A DNA stretch of 64,000 nt from a candidate division BRC1 bacterium HGW-BRC1-1. Its GTDB lineage: Bacteria > Sumerlaeota > Sumerlaeia > Sumerlaeales > Sumerlaeaceae. The notes beneath the pieces are model-generated. The model saw only the letters and a list, made by a program, of their open reading frames with translations, was not told where the DNA came from and made no database searches. The DNA lies in assembly GCA_002842095.1 (NCBI GenBank), contig PHCB01000008.1, positions 209,231 to 273,230 of the forward strand. Reading direction: 5' to 3'. Positions 1 to 9,148 of the stretch are shown in pieces. Made by a program: the position numbers and the translations under genes. The first letter of the stretch is position 1. Each line of letters begins with the position of its first letter.

Positions 1-632
1 TCCATCAAGTTTACGGATAGCGGACCATTGATCTCGGCCACCGCACGGGTGATGTCGGCGCGGGTCTTGATGGCGTCGATAAACACCAGGTCTGCTCCTG
101 CTTCGAGATAGAGGTTACAGCGCTTGATGGCTTCATCCAAACCCATGGAGGCGAAGCAATCCGTGCGGGCGTTAATGATGAAGTCCTTATCCATGGCATC
201 GCGGACCGCGGCGCAGGCCTTGATCTTGCCGGCCATCTCGTCGCTTCCGATGACTTCCTTGCCGGCCATGTGACCGCATCGTTTCGGGAAAACCTGATCC
301 TCGATGTTCATGCCGGCCACGCCCATGGCGATGAGGCGCTCGGTGATCCACGCCGCGTTAACAGCGTTACCGCCGCCCGTGTCCACATCGGCCATGACAG
401 GAATGTTGACGGCCTGAACGATGTTCCACGTCAGGTCCAGAACATCCTTCATCTGCACGAGGCCAACGTCGGGCTTCGCCAGAAGAGACCCGGCGAGTCC
501 GTAGCCGGAAATCTGAATGGCTTCATAACCGCATGATTCAATGATCTTTGCGCTGAAGGCGTCGTGGCAACCGGGCAGAGCAACGGCCCGCTTTTCCATG
601 ATGGCTTTGCGCAGTGTTGTGGTCTTCTTCAT
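1..632 (-). CDS. Isocitrate lyase/PEP mutase superfamily lyase, methylisocitrate-lyase-like. The 3' end is truncated by the window edge; the start ATG is at 630-632.
   Basis: Hand translation of the minus strand gives MKKTTTLRKAIMEKRAVALPGCHDAFSAKIIESCGYEAIQISGYG...NIEDQVFPKRCGHMAGK...INARTD. The K-R-C-G-H and ARTD motifs are typical of the ICL/PrpB/CPEP-mutase branch. An AGGAG RBS lies upstream. The ORF track does not list it because the stop lies outside the window. Confidence 0.75.
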   Translation of the reverse strand, partial: MKKTTTLRKAIMEKRAVALPGCHDAFSAKIIESCGYEAIQISGYGLAGSLLAKPDVGLVQMKDVLDLTWNIVQAVNIPVMADVDTGGGNAVNAAWITERLIAMGVAGMNIEDQVFPKRCGHMAGKEVIGSDEMAGKIKACAAVRDAMDKDFIINARTDCFASMGLDEAIKRCNLYLEAGADLVFIDAIKTRADITRAVAEINGPLSVNLM

Positions 633-708
633 TTCGGTTCAATCTCCTGTGGGTAAGGCCCAGCGATTAGTTGGGCCGCAATTGTGATCTGTTTTAAACG
701 CGAGTTCA

Positions 709-1827
709 TTAAAGCTTCGCGGCGATTGCTTCAGCCATCTCGAGGGTCGTGGCGGAGCCACCCATGTCGTAGGTGCGCACTTTGCCCTCTTTGATTATAG
801 AGGCCACGGCCGCCTCAAGGCGTTCGCCTTTTTCCGTTTCGCCCAACCAATCAAGCATCATCTTTGCGGCGAGAATGGTGGCGATGGGGTTGACCTTATA
901 CTGGCCCGCATATTTGGGCGCACTGCCGTGGGTCGGTTCAAACACGGCCAGGTTTTTGCCAATGTTTCCCGAGCAGCCAAACCCAAGGCCGCCGACCATC
1001 TGGGCGCAGAGGTCGCTGATGATGTCACCGTACAGATTGGGAGCGACAAGCACATCGTAGTTGTGGGGGTTCTTCAACAGCCACATGCACAAGGCGTCGA
1101 TGTTGGCCTCATCCATGGCTATTTCCGGGAACTCCTTCGCCACAGCACGTCCTGCCTCCAGGAAGATTCCGTCGCTGGCACGAACCACATTGGCTTTGTG
1201 AACGATGGTTACTTTCTTGCGGCCAAACTTGCGGGCAAATTCAAAGGCTGCGCGGATGATACGTTCGCTTCCCACACGCGTGTTAATCTTGCAGGAGATG
1301 GCGTAATCTTCCGGGGCGAGATCCTTGAAGGCTTTGAAGGCCGGTGCGTTTGCCATCAGACAATCGGAGACTTCTTTGGGCACAGGACGGAACTCAACGC
1401 CCGCGTATAAATCCTCGGTGTTTTCACGGAAAACGACGAGGTCGATGTTTTCCTTATAGTTGATGGGATTTCCTTCGTAACCTTTGCACGGGCGAAGGCA
1501 GACAAAGAGGTCGAACAACTGGCGCATGCGAACGATGGGGGAGCGGTAAACGAGGTTCTTGTCGAGCAACTTCGGGGCCAGTTCCGCCAAAGCTTCCCTG
1601 GCGGGTTTGGAAGTAATTGCCCCGAACATGGCGGCATTAACCTGCTTCAGTAATTCGATCGTGCGGGGGGGAAACGAGTCACCCTCGCTACACCAAAAAT
1701 CCCATCCGATGTCGCCATGGATATACTCTGCATCCAAGCCGATGCGATCCAGGACGATTTTAGCTGCCTCGAGGACGTCATTCCCAATCCCGTCTCCCGG
1801 CAACCATGCAATTCGATACTTCGCCAT
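709..1827 (-). CDS. Isocitrate/isopropylmalate dehydrogenase family (NAD(P)-dependent beta-decarboxylating dehydrogenase). The track ORF extends to 1860, but MAKYRIAWLPGDGIG is the likelier start.
   Basis: Motifs: LPGDGIG N-terminus, NLYGDIISDLCAQMVGGLG, GSAPKYAG. It sits immediately upstream of, and co-directional with, the ICL-family gene. Confidence 0.8.
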   Translation of the reverse strand: MAKYRIAWLPGDGIGNDVLEAAKIVLDRIGLDAEYIHGDIGWDFWCSEGDSFPPRTIELLKQVNAAMFGAITSKPAREALAELAPKLLDKNLVYRSPIVRMRQLFDLFVCLRPCKGYEGNPINYKENIDLVVFRENTEDLYAGVEFRPVPKEVSDCLMANAPAFKAFKDLAPEDYAISCKINTRVGSERIIRAAFEFARKFGRKKVTIVHKANVVRASDGIFLEAGRAVAKEFPEIAMDEANIDALCMWLLKNPHNYDVLVAPNLYGDIISDLCAQMVGGLGFGCSGNIGKNLAVFEPTHGSAPKYAGQYKVNPIATILAAKMMLDWLGETEKGERLEAAVASIIKEGKVRTYDMGGSATTLEMAEAIAAKL

Positions 1828-2070
1828 GCGCACAACCTCCCAGTCATGTGTAAAAGCCAAATCTTACAGGCGTCTTCTTCTCAAGCATTGCCTGTTATGA
1901 ACAATCGCGCAGTGGCAAAAGAAAGTTTTCAATAAGGATTGATGAGAAAAGTGTTGGTTCGGAAGACTGGCTTGTGCGTTATTTCACTTGAATCGCGTCA
2001 TGGCCGTCACGTTTTGTGGCGCGTCTTTTTATTTGAAACATCATTCGTTGGAATTGGAGTCAGGTGATTT

Positions 2071-3057
2071 ATGGGAAAAGTGAAACGCATCGCGCTGTTT
2101 GGGGCGGGTGGGCTTGGCCGCAGTATGGCCAAAACATTGTCACATAAAACCGAAATGAAATTGGTGGCATTGTGTGACAAAAACGGATTTGCATTCAACG
2201 CCGATGGCATAGATCTGGATGCCTTTGAAGCTCTTGCGCCCGGCGAAACCGTTGCCCACATTCCCACCATTGGACAGGAATCCTCCGATTCCATGGGAGA
2301 CCTGTTAGCGCGACGCGACGAGATCGACGGGATTTTTCTGGCCCTTCCGAATCTGCCCAACGATTTCATTCCCGGTGTTGTGGCGCGAATTGCTGCCAGC
2401 GGATTTCAGGGTGTGGTGGTCGACGCTCTCAAGCGCACCAGCGCCATGGAAATGGTGATGGCTCTTCACGAAGACTTCCGTCGCGCGGGCGCGGTCTACA
2501 TCGCCGGAGCGGGTTGCACGCCCGGTATGCTGACCGCGGCCACGGTTATCGCGGCCCAATCATTTGTGGAAGTGGACGACGTGACCATCAACTTCGGCGT
2601 GGGTATTGCCAATTGGGAAACTTATCGGGCTACCATCCGCGAAGATATCGCCCATCTTGAAGGCTTCACGGTGGAGAAGGTTGCAGCCATGAGCGATGTG
2701 GAAATTGAAGCAGAACTCGAAAAGCGCAACGGCATTCTCGAACTGGTGGATATGGAACACGCCGACGATATCATGCTGGAATTGGCTGGCGTAGTAGGTC
2801 GCGACAAAGTTCACGTGGGCGGAATCGTGGATACCCGCAACGCCCGCAAGCCCGTCAGCACGAGCGTGAAAATCTCCGGAACCACCGTGGATGGTTTGCG
2901 TTCCACCCACACGTTTACCCTTGGCGATGAAACGACCATGGCCGCGAACGTGAACGGCCCGGTTTTAGGTTATATGAAAACCGGATTCTGGCTGAAAGAG
3001 ATGGGAGTTTCTGGCGTGTTCACAAGCGCCGACTTGCTCCCGCGCTTTCCGCGATAA
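2071..3057 (+). CDS. NAD(P)-binding oxidoreductase, diaminopimelate-dehydrogenase-like. The call is tentative.
   Basis: The N-terminal Rossmann motif is RIALFGAGGLGRS. The N-terminus and the GAGCTPGM region resemble the DapDH family. A GGAG RBS lies before the ATG. Confidence 0.5.
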   Translation: MGKVKRIALFGAGGLGRSMAKTLSHKTEMKLVALCDKNGFAFNADGIDLDAFEALAPGETVAHIPTIGQESSDSMGDLLARRDEIDGIFLALPNLPNDFIPGVVARIAASGFQGVVVDALKRTSAMEMVMALHEDFRRAGAVYIAGAGCTPGMLTAATVIAAQSFVEVDDVTINFGVGIANWETYRATIREDIAHLEGFTVEKVAAMSDVEIEAELEKRNGILELVDMEHADDIMLELAGVVGRDKVHVGGIVDTRNARKPVSTSVKISGTTVDGLRSTHTFTLGDETTMAANVNGPVLGYMKTGFWLKEMGVSGVFTSADLLPRFPR

Positions 3058-3061
3058 ACAA

Positions 3062-4330
3062 TTAGTCCGACTGAAAATCGAGAAGGTCCATCAGGGGGGG
3101 GCGCCCATCATGCGCCCATCCCCATGGGGGGCGTTGCATGGTTCCCAGTTTACAAAGTCGCGGTGAGCGGAGATCGTTCGCCAGCGACTGCCATTCTGAC
3201 GGCTCGCCGGCCCCGAGGCATCCAATGCGTCCGCGTCGGCACAGCAGCGCTGACGTAACCTCTTCTTCACTGTCATAAATAAAGATGTCGGCTGTTCGAT
3301 CAGTCGGGGGAGATGTGGTTGCGTGAAATCGCGCATCTCGAAGCGTGATGAGAAAATCGTCCGCCGGGCGCGATGGCACGGGTGTCGAAGTCGCATTGTT
3401 CATAACCGCATGGAGCGCTATTTCATCCCGCCACCGTGCCTGTGCGGCGAGTGCTTCCAGAGGGAGTTTGCGACGCGGTAAATCCTTCTCCAGAGTTCGC
3501 AGCGATTCGGCCAGTAATTGAGCGAACTTTTGGGGGGTGATCGACGCCCGGGATGGTACGAATACCGTTTGGGGAGACAAGCATCCCTGTTGGTCATAAA
3601 CGGCGAGATCATACGCTAATGCCTCAGACCGCTCGCGTGCTACGGTTTCCGAGGCGAGGTCCGAGGCCGAGAGCAAAGCATAGCTCCACCGCGAACCGTG
3701 GCCGATAAATCGCGTTCCTGGCGCGGTGACGGTGGCCAGATTTGCGATGGTTTCATCCCCACCAAAGGCGACCATAACATCCGCCTCCCTGGCCACGTTT
3801 CGTGTAATTTCGAGTTCATCATGAGGCCACCATCCCCAAGCTGTGGCAGCGGCCATTTCGGGGTCGACCTCTTTCAACACATCCAACCACAACGCGGTGA
3901 ATTGTTGCTCGCCCGAACTACACCTAACGATGTTAGCGCAACCCAGCAGTTGGGCGTGAATCAATGATTCCAGAGTTGAGACAAAGAGATTCCCCGCCGC
4001 GAGATGAAAGACGAGCCGGGGAGTTCGTGGGATCGAGTTGCCAATGGGTCGCAACGCGGTCTCGCGCAGTGTGGCGAGGGCGTCCAAAGTCATGCCCGAA
4101 AAAAGATTTCGGACACCTTCCGCCGCAGAAGCCGGGTGCATCCCGATGGCAATGGCTGCCCGGGCAAGCCGGTCATCGGGGTCAGACCCTGGTTTTTCAG
4201 CCAGCGACAACATGGCCAACGCTGCACGCGAAATTGAATGGGGAGCACGCGAGAAGATGCCGTTGGCGTTCGACGCATTCTTCATCATCGCGACTAACTG
4301 TTTCGCCTTATCCACCATCAATTCCGTCAT
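3062..4330 (-). CDS. LuxC-family acyl-CoA reductase homolog.
   Basis: Segments align to LuxC blocks: HLAAGN, ADVMVAFGGDETI, and LAVYDQQGCLSPQTVFV, which corresponds to LuxC ...FYDQQACFSTQ... with the catalytic Cys. The length of 422 aa is compatible. Confidence 0.55.
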   Translation of the reverse strand: MTELMVDKAKQLVAMMKNASNANGIFSRAPHSISRAALAMLSLAEKPGSDPDDRLARAAIAIGMHPASAAEGVRNLFSGMTLDALATLRETALRPIGNSIPRTPRLVFHLAAGNLFVSTLESLIHAQLLGCANIVRCSSGEQQFTALWLDVLKEVDPEMAAATAWGWWPHDELEITRNVAREADVMVAFGGDETIANLATVTAPGTRFIGHGSRWSYALLSASDLASETVARERSEALAYDLAVYDQQGCLSPQTVFVPSRASITPQKFAQLLAESLRTLEKDLPRRKLPLEALAAQARWRDEIALHAVMNNATSTPVPSRPADDFLITLRDARFHATTSPPTDRTADIFIYDSEEEVTSALLCRRGRIGCLGAGEPSEWQSLANDLRSPRLCKLGTMQRPPWGWAHDGRPPLMDLLDFQSD

Positions 4331-4433
4331 GAAATCACCCTTGTGCTTGATGTCGTTCCTCGGGGTGGAACGAATGCAGGTCTTAAGTTTACGTTAGAAC
4401 AATTTGAGAACCGAAGGAGAAATCGCAAAGCCA

Positions 4434-5066
4434 ATGTTCACGGGGATTATTGAAGAGATTGGAACGATTGCCGCCATGGAAGCGGGGGACGACTCTGTGC
4501 GCCTGCGTATCGAGTGCCTGGATACCCTGAAGGGCGTGGCGGATGGGGATAGCATCGCCGTGGATGGAACCTGTCTCACTGTGACTTCATTCGACGATTC
4601 CTCTTTCTCCACTTTTGCCTCGGCGGAAACTTTGCGCTGCACGAGCCTCGGTGACAAAAAAGTTGGGGATCATGTGAACCTGGAGGGGGCCATGACTCTC
4701 GCCAAAAAAATGAGCGGACACATGGTGCAGGGCCACGTGGACGGTGTCGGCCATGTCAAGGCAATCGTCCCCGAAGGCGAATCCCAAATGTGGCATTTTA
4801 CGATGCCCGCCCAAATGACCAAGTTTCTCGTGCCGAAGGGGTCCATCACCGTGGATGGCATTAGTCTGACTGTGGTTGAAATTGTCGGCTGCGATTTTAC
4901 CGTCGCCATCATTCCAAAAACCATCGAGGCCACTACGTTTCAATTCCGCAAGGCGGGTGACTCGGTGAATCTGGAAGTCGATATTATCGGCAAGTATGTC
5001 CATCGCTTTCTTCACCCCGATGAAGGTGAATCGGTTATCTCCATCAATCCCGTTCTGCCTGCCTGA
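4434..5066 (+). CDS. ribE: Riboflavin synthase alpha subunit. The track ORF starts at TTG 4404, but the ATG at 4434 (MFTGIIEE) is the likelier start.
   Basis: The MFTGIIEEIG N-terminus and the two-lumazine-binding-repeat architecture match riboflavin synthase. Length is about 210 aa. Confidence 0.85.
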   Translation: MFTGIIEEIGTIAAMEAGDDSVRLRIECLDTLKGVADGDSIAVDGTCLTVTSFDDSSFSTFASAETLRCTSLGDKKVGDHVNLEGAMTLAKKMSGHMVQGHVDGVGHVKAIVPEGESQMWHFTMPAQMTKFLVPKGSITVDGISLTVVEIVGCDFTVAIIPKTIEATTFQFRKAGDSVNLEVDIIGKYVHRFLHPDEGESVISINPVLPA

Positions 5067-5120
5067 ACATATAGTTTCAGCGGGAGCAACCTGCCCCCGC
5101 ATTTTCCCTCAGAGGTCCTC

Positions 5121-6359
5121 ATGTCCGACGATTCAAAAACTGATGCAAGCGCCCGTTCGATAGCTTCCGTGGAGTCTGCCCTTGACGATTATCGTCAGGG
5201 GAAAATGGTCATCCTGACGGATGACGAAGACCGCGAGAACGAGGGCGATCTGGTATTCGCCGCCTCCCATGTTACTCCTGAAAAGATCAACTTCATGGCA
5301 CGCTTTGGTCGTGGGTTAATCTGTGTGGCGGCACCCGAGGACCGTTTGCGTCAACTTGGCCTGAATCCCCTGAAGGTTAACAACACCTCGCGATTCGGCA
5401 CAAATTTCTACGAGCCGGTCGACGCCGCAGTCGGCACGACCACCGGCATATCCGCATCGGACCGTTCGGTCACTATTCGCAAATTTATGGACCCCACCTG
5501 TGCCCCTCAGGAACTGGCGCGGCCGGGCCATGTTCAGATTCTCGGTGCCCGCGAGGGAGGCGTGCTTGAGAGAGCCGGACAAACTGAGGGGGTTGTTGAT
5601 CTTGCAGTGCTCGCGGGACTTGAACCCGCAGGTGTGCTTTGTGAGATCATGAACGATGATGGCACGATGGCGCGGATGCCCGACCTCACGCAGTTTGCCG
5701 AGCTTCATAATCTCAAAATCGTCACCATTCGTGACATGATCGAGTATCGACTTCACCGCGAGAAGTTGGTGAAGGCTGTCGTAACTGTTCCGCTCCATAA
5801 CGAATATGGGGAATGGCGCATTACGTATTACGAAGCTTGGAATGGTGAGGGACATGTTGCCCTCGTGATGGGTGACCTTGCCCGACAGTCTCCGAACGGG
5901 GTTTTGGTGCGCGTCCATTCGCAATGTTTTACGGGCGACACCCTCGGTTCGTTGCGTTGCGATTGTGGTCCGCAACTCAACGCGGCCATGATGAAGATTG
6001 AGCAGGAGGGGATCGGCGTTTTGCTCTACATGCATCAGGAGGGGCGGGGGATTGGACTGAAAAACAAATTACTCGCCTACCAGAAACAGGACGAAGGCAT
6101 GGACACCGTGGAAGCCAATCACGCTCTGGGCTTTAAGTCAGACCTGCGCGAATACGGTATCGGGGCGCAAATGCTCGTGGATCTCGGTGTGCAAAGGCTT
6201 CGCTTGATGACCAACAACCCCAAGAAGATTGTGGGCATTGAAGGCTATGGACTGGAGGTTGTGGAACGCATTCCCCTCGAGTGCGAAGCTTGCGACCACA
6301 ACCGTTCCTATCTGGAGACAAAGCGCATGAAAATGGGGCATCTTTTTAAGAATGTCTGA
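5121..6359 (+). CDS. ribBA: Bifunctional 3,4-dihydroxy-2-butanone-4-phosphate synthase / GTP cyclohydrolase II.
   Basis: The DHBP synthase block is [19 protein letters not shown]. The GCHII block is [21 protein letters not shown], with the zinc Cys triad. Confidence 0.9.
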   Translation: MSDDSKTDASARSIASVESALDDYRQGKMVILTDDEDRENEGDLVFAASHVTPEKINFMARFGRGLICVAAPEDRLRQLGLNPLKVNNTSRFGTNFYEPVDAAVGTTTGISASDRSVTIRKFMDPTCAPQELARPGHVQILGAREGGVLERAGQTEGVVDLAVLAGLEPAGVLCEIMNDDGTMARMPDLTQFAELHNLKIVTIRDMIEYRLHREKLVKAVVTVPLHNEYGEWRITYYEAWNGEGHVALVMGDLARQSPNGVLVRVHSQCFTGDTLGSLRCDCGPQLNAAMMKIEQEGIGVLLYMHQEGRGIGLKNKLLAYQKQDEGMDTVEANHALGFKSDLREYGIGAQMLVDLGVQRLRLMTNNPKKIVGIEGYGLEVVERIPLECEACDHNRSYLETKRMKMGHLFKNV

Positions 6360-6379
6360 TTCAGCGCGTCTGCTGCAGT

Positions 6380-7393
6380 TCAGGCATCGTTCGAGGTCAA
6401 ACGGCTGACACCCTTCAGTGTCGCCTGATGATGAGGCTGCGCGAGCAATTCTCGTGCGGTTGAAACGTCATGATTCAATTGGGCCACAAGGGCATCCACA
6501 CCGGGAAATTTTTGCTCGTCTCGAAGACGTGCCAGAAAGAAAAGACTCAACTCGCGGCCCGGAAGTTCAACGTCCGCGTCGAGCAGATGAGCTTCGATGG
6601 TTTGCGTGTGTCCCTCAAAGGTGGGATTAAATCCGATGTTGCATACAGCCGCGTAAACTTTCGGATCACCGCTCACCCGGGCTACGCAAAGATAAACACC
6701 TCTGGCGGGAATTACCCGGTCTGATGGCGGGAGGACATTGGCTGTTGGGAACCCGATGGTGCGTCCACGACCAAACCCCGTCGTTACCACGCCGTTCAGT
6801 TCGTAAGGACGTGTCAACATGTGAGCTGCTCGCACGACGTCTCCGCCGAAGAGCAAATCCCGAATCATGGTGCTTTTTACGAACATCTCACCGTCGGTGA
6901 CAGGAGCCATCACATCGACGTCAAAACCATGCTTGGCACCAAGCTCGGTCAACAGGGTGGTCTTCCCGGCACCAGCTTTGCCGAAGGCAAAGTCATAGCC
7001 GCAAACTATGAGGTTTGGTTTGCAGAGGGGGACCAGCAGGTTTTCGACGAATTCCTCCGGAGACTGATTGGAGAAACCTTCCGTGAATGCGACTTCAGCT
7101 ACCATCTCAACTCCCAGTTCGCTGAAGAGCTGGCGTCGACGGGGTGCGCTTAACAAGCGTTTGGGGCAGTATGGCGGTGCCAGAATGCTCAGGGGATGTT
7201 CTGAAAAAGTGATGATGAGTGAGGTCAGGCCGCGTGCTTTCGCTTGTTCGGTTGTGCGGTCAATCAGCGCCTGATGCCCACGATGGAGACCATCGAATAC
7301 GCCGATGGTTACGACGCTACCAGCGGTCTCGTTCAGTGCGTTGCGCACGTGGGCGAAGTTGTCGAAGAGTTGCATGAATCGAAAGTTAAACAA
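6380..7393 (-). CDS. ribF: Bifunctional riboflavin kinase / FMN adenylyltransferase.
   Basis: The FAD synthetase N-terminus is VTIGVFDGLHRGHQALI. The C-terminal riboflavin kinase block is FGRGRTIGFPTANV. Confidence 0.85.
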   Translation of the reverse strand: MFNFRFMQLFDNFAHVRNALNETAGSVVTIGVFDGLHRGHQALIDRTTEQAKARGLTSLIITFSEHPLSILAPPYCPKRLLSAPRRRQLFSELGVEMVAEVAFTEGFSNQSPEEFVENLLVPLCKPNLIVCGYDFAFGKAGAGKTTLLTELGAKHGFDVDVMAPVTDGEMFVKSTMIRDLLFGGDVVRAAHMLTRPYELNGVVTTGFGRGRTIGFPTANVLPPSDRVIPARGVYLCVARVSGDPKVYAAVCNIGFNPTFEGHTQTIEAHLLDADVELPGRELSLFFLARLRDEQKFPGVDALVAQLNHDVSTARELLAQPHHQATLKGVSRLTSNDA

Positions 7394-7441
7394 ACCCCCT
7401 GCTTCCTCAACGGATAATTTCGAGGAGGCGTGAGATCTTGA

Positions 7442-8242
7442 TTAATATAGAGCCCAATCACTGACCGATGAGGGATTAATCGATTCGCTGTGGATACCAG
7501 TGATGGCGTCCAGTTCAAATCCCGCGGTGTCCGCGAAGGTAAACAAATTGCCGGCGTCGGTTACCAGATCACCCTGGGCGTCCAAGGTGTTTGTGCCGGT
7601 GTCGCGGATTCGTACGTATTGAATTGCCGACAAACCAACATCTGCCAAATCGAAGGCGTCGCCTCCACCTTGAATGGGATCGAAGGGCGACAACCCATTG
7701 GTGGGTGAGGACAGCGTCGGACGCACGCCAGCGAAACCCACGAAGTTTGCCATGTCGAGGATGGAACCGGATGGTGACGGGGGAATGAAATCGAAGGGCA
7801 TTGTGACCCAGTTGGTTCCGTCCGCGCTTACATCCACGATCGCCACTTCACTGAAGCTTTGCCCGGGGTTTCCAATCGGTTGGAGACAATTCTCAAAAAC
7901 GATAAAATCTGCTCCGGGCCCGTTGATGATTCGATTGTTCACGAACTTGAGGGTTACGGACCCTCCATCTCCCAGCGACAGCAGATCTTCTTCCGTGAAG
8001 GTGGGGGTGTTTGGGTTACTGTTTCCATTTGGCGGACCCAACACATTCGCCGGGAAGAATGTCTGCCCGAAGTTCGCTCCGCTGCCGGGAGTAAAATTGA
8101 CCGCCTGTTCGGCAAAACATCCGGCTCCGCTGTTGTTGGCAGCGGTCATAAAGATGATGACGGTCAGGCAGAACAACGCTGTTCGTGAAAAACGAGTGAT
8201 AACCCATGATGTCATGGTTCGAGCCTCCAGCTTCTTACGCAC
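7442..8242 (-). CDS. Hypothetical secreted protein with an N-terminal signal/TM segment.
   Basis: The 266-aa ORF has a hydrophobic N-terminus (LFCLTVIIFMTAANNSGAG) followed by a Gly/Asp/Thr-rich body. No motif was recognised. Confidence 0.45.
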   Translation of the reverse strand: MRKKLEARTMTSWVITRFSRTALFCLTVIIFMTAANNSGAGCFAEQAVNFTPGSGANFGQTFFPANVLGPPNGNSNPNTPTFTEEDLLSLGDGGSVTLKFVNNRIINGPGADFIVFENCLQPIGNPGQSFSEVAIVDVSADGTNWVTMPFDFIPPSPSGSILDMANFVGFAGVRPTLSSPTNGLSPFDPIQGGGDAFDLADVGLSAIQYVRIRDTGTNTLDAQGDLVTDAGNLFTFADTAGFELDAITGIHSESINPSSVSDWALY

Positions 8243-8613
8243 GAAGAAGTTTAGTTGTGGAGGAACCTGGCAGCCCCGTCTTCTGACTTTCGGATTAACC
8301 TACTTCCCGCCCCTTCCCGCCCTATTGCCAGAGCAGTGGGTCAAACGCGGGTTTCGTCCCCGATCACAGCGGCGTGTCCGTGAGGGATTCTCACCCTCTT
8401 CCGCCGGGTTTTAAGACCCGGTTAAATTTAGATGCCACCAAGTTTCCTTCAGTTAAGTGACTTAACTTTTCAGGCATCCGATGGCGCAAGGGGAATCCAT
8501 CCCTGTAACTCCGACCAGAAATGTATCATATGTCCACTTCACCCTTGAAATGGGAAAGGGGAAAGGCGTGTACTTACATCAACATCATTCAGGTAGTGGA
8601 CGTGAAGACGAGT

Positions 8614-9141
8614 ATGAAAACAATTCTCTCAGCTCTGGCATTATCGCTGTTGGCCATTGGCGGCTTTGCTGCCGGCAACAACACTGAGCTTCCCATCAAC
8701 GCAGAACCTCGTTGGTTTGAACTCAATGCCACCGCTTCGGTCGTTCCCATTCGTTCTGTCGATACGAGGCAGACCATCGCGTTACTCGCGCCTGGCACAC
8801 GTTTCCTTGCATTCGGCGCGAGCGATAAATGGGTAACCCTGGCTGCCAACGGGCAGGTTGGGTATGTTTCCAATCAGAGCGTCTCGGCCGTTTATCCCGA
8901 GCCGGTGTTTATTTCCACCGAATGGAAACCCTCTTCTGTGACACTGGAAGAGCAACTTGCCGAAGAGATCCAGCGCCAGGCACAATTACGGCAAGAGAAA
9001 GTTTCGCTCTGGCCTGATTTCAAATCCGCTCCTCCAACGGCGGAAGAGTTAGCCGCTCAACAGTCAACGTTAACGGGAGCTATGATGAACGGGCCTGAAG
9101 CTGGCGGGAGTATGGCTGGGGCCGGCGGCGGCTACATCTGA
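8614..9141 (+). CDS. Secreted protein with a bacterial SH3-like domain. The track start at 8521 is probably an N-terminal over-extension.
   Basis: The signal peptide MKTILSALALSLLAIGGFAAG begins at an internal Met. An SH3b-like block follows: TRFLAFGASDKWVTLAANGQVGYV. Confidence 0.5.
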   Translation: MKTILSALALSLLAIGGFAAGNNTELPINAEPRWFELNATASVVPIRSVDTRQTIALLAPGTRFLAFGASDKWVTLAANGQVGYVSNQSVSAVYPEPVFISTEWKPSSVTLEEQLAEEIQRQAQLRQEKVSLWPDFKSAPPTAEELAAQQSTLTGAMMNGPEAGGSMAGAGGGYI

Positions 9142-9148
9142 TCCTGAT

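Noticed and set aside
4331-4433. Looked for an FMN riboswitch (RFN element) upstream of ribE.
   Set aside because: Only about 100 nt are available, and none of the conserved RFN helices or sequence blocks are recognisable. The rib genes here are probably not riboswitch-controlled at this site.
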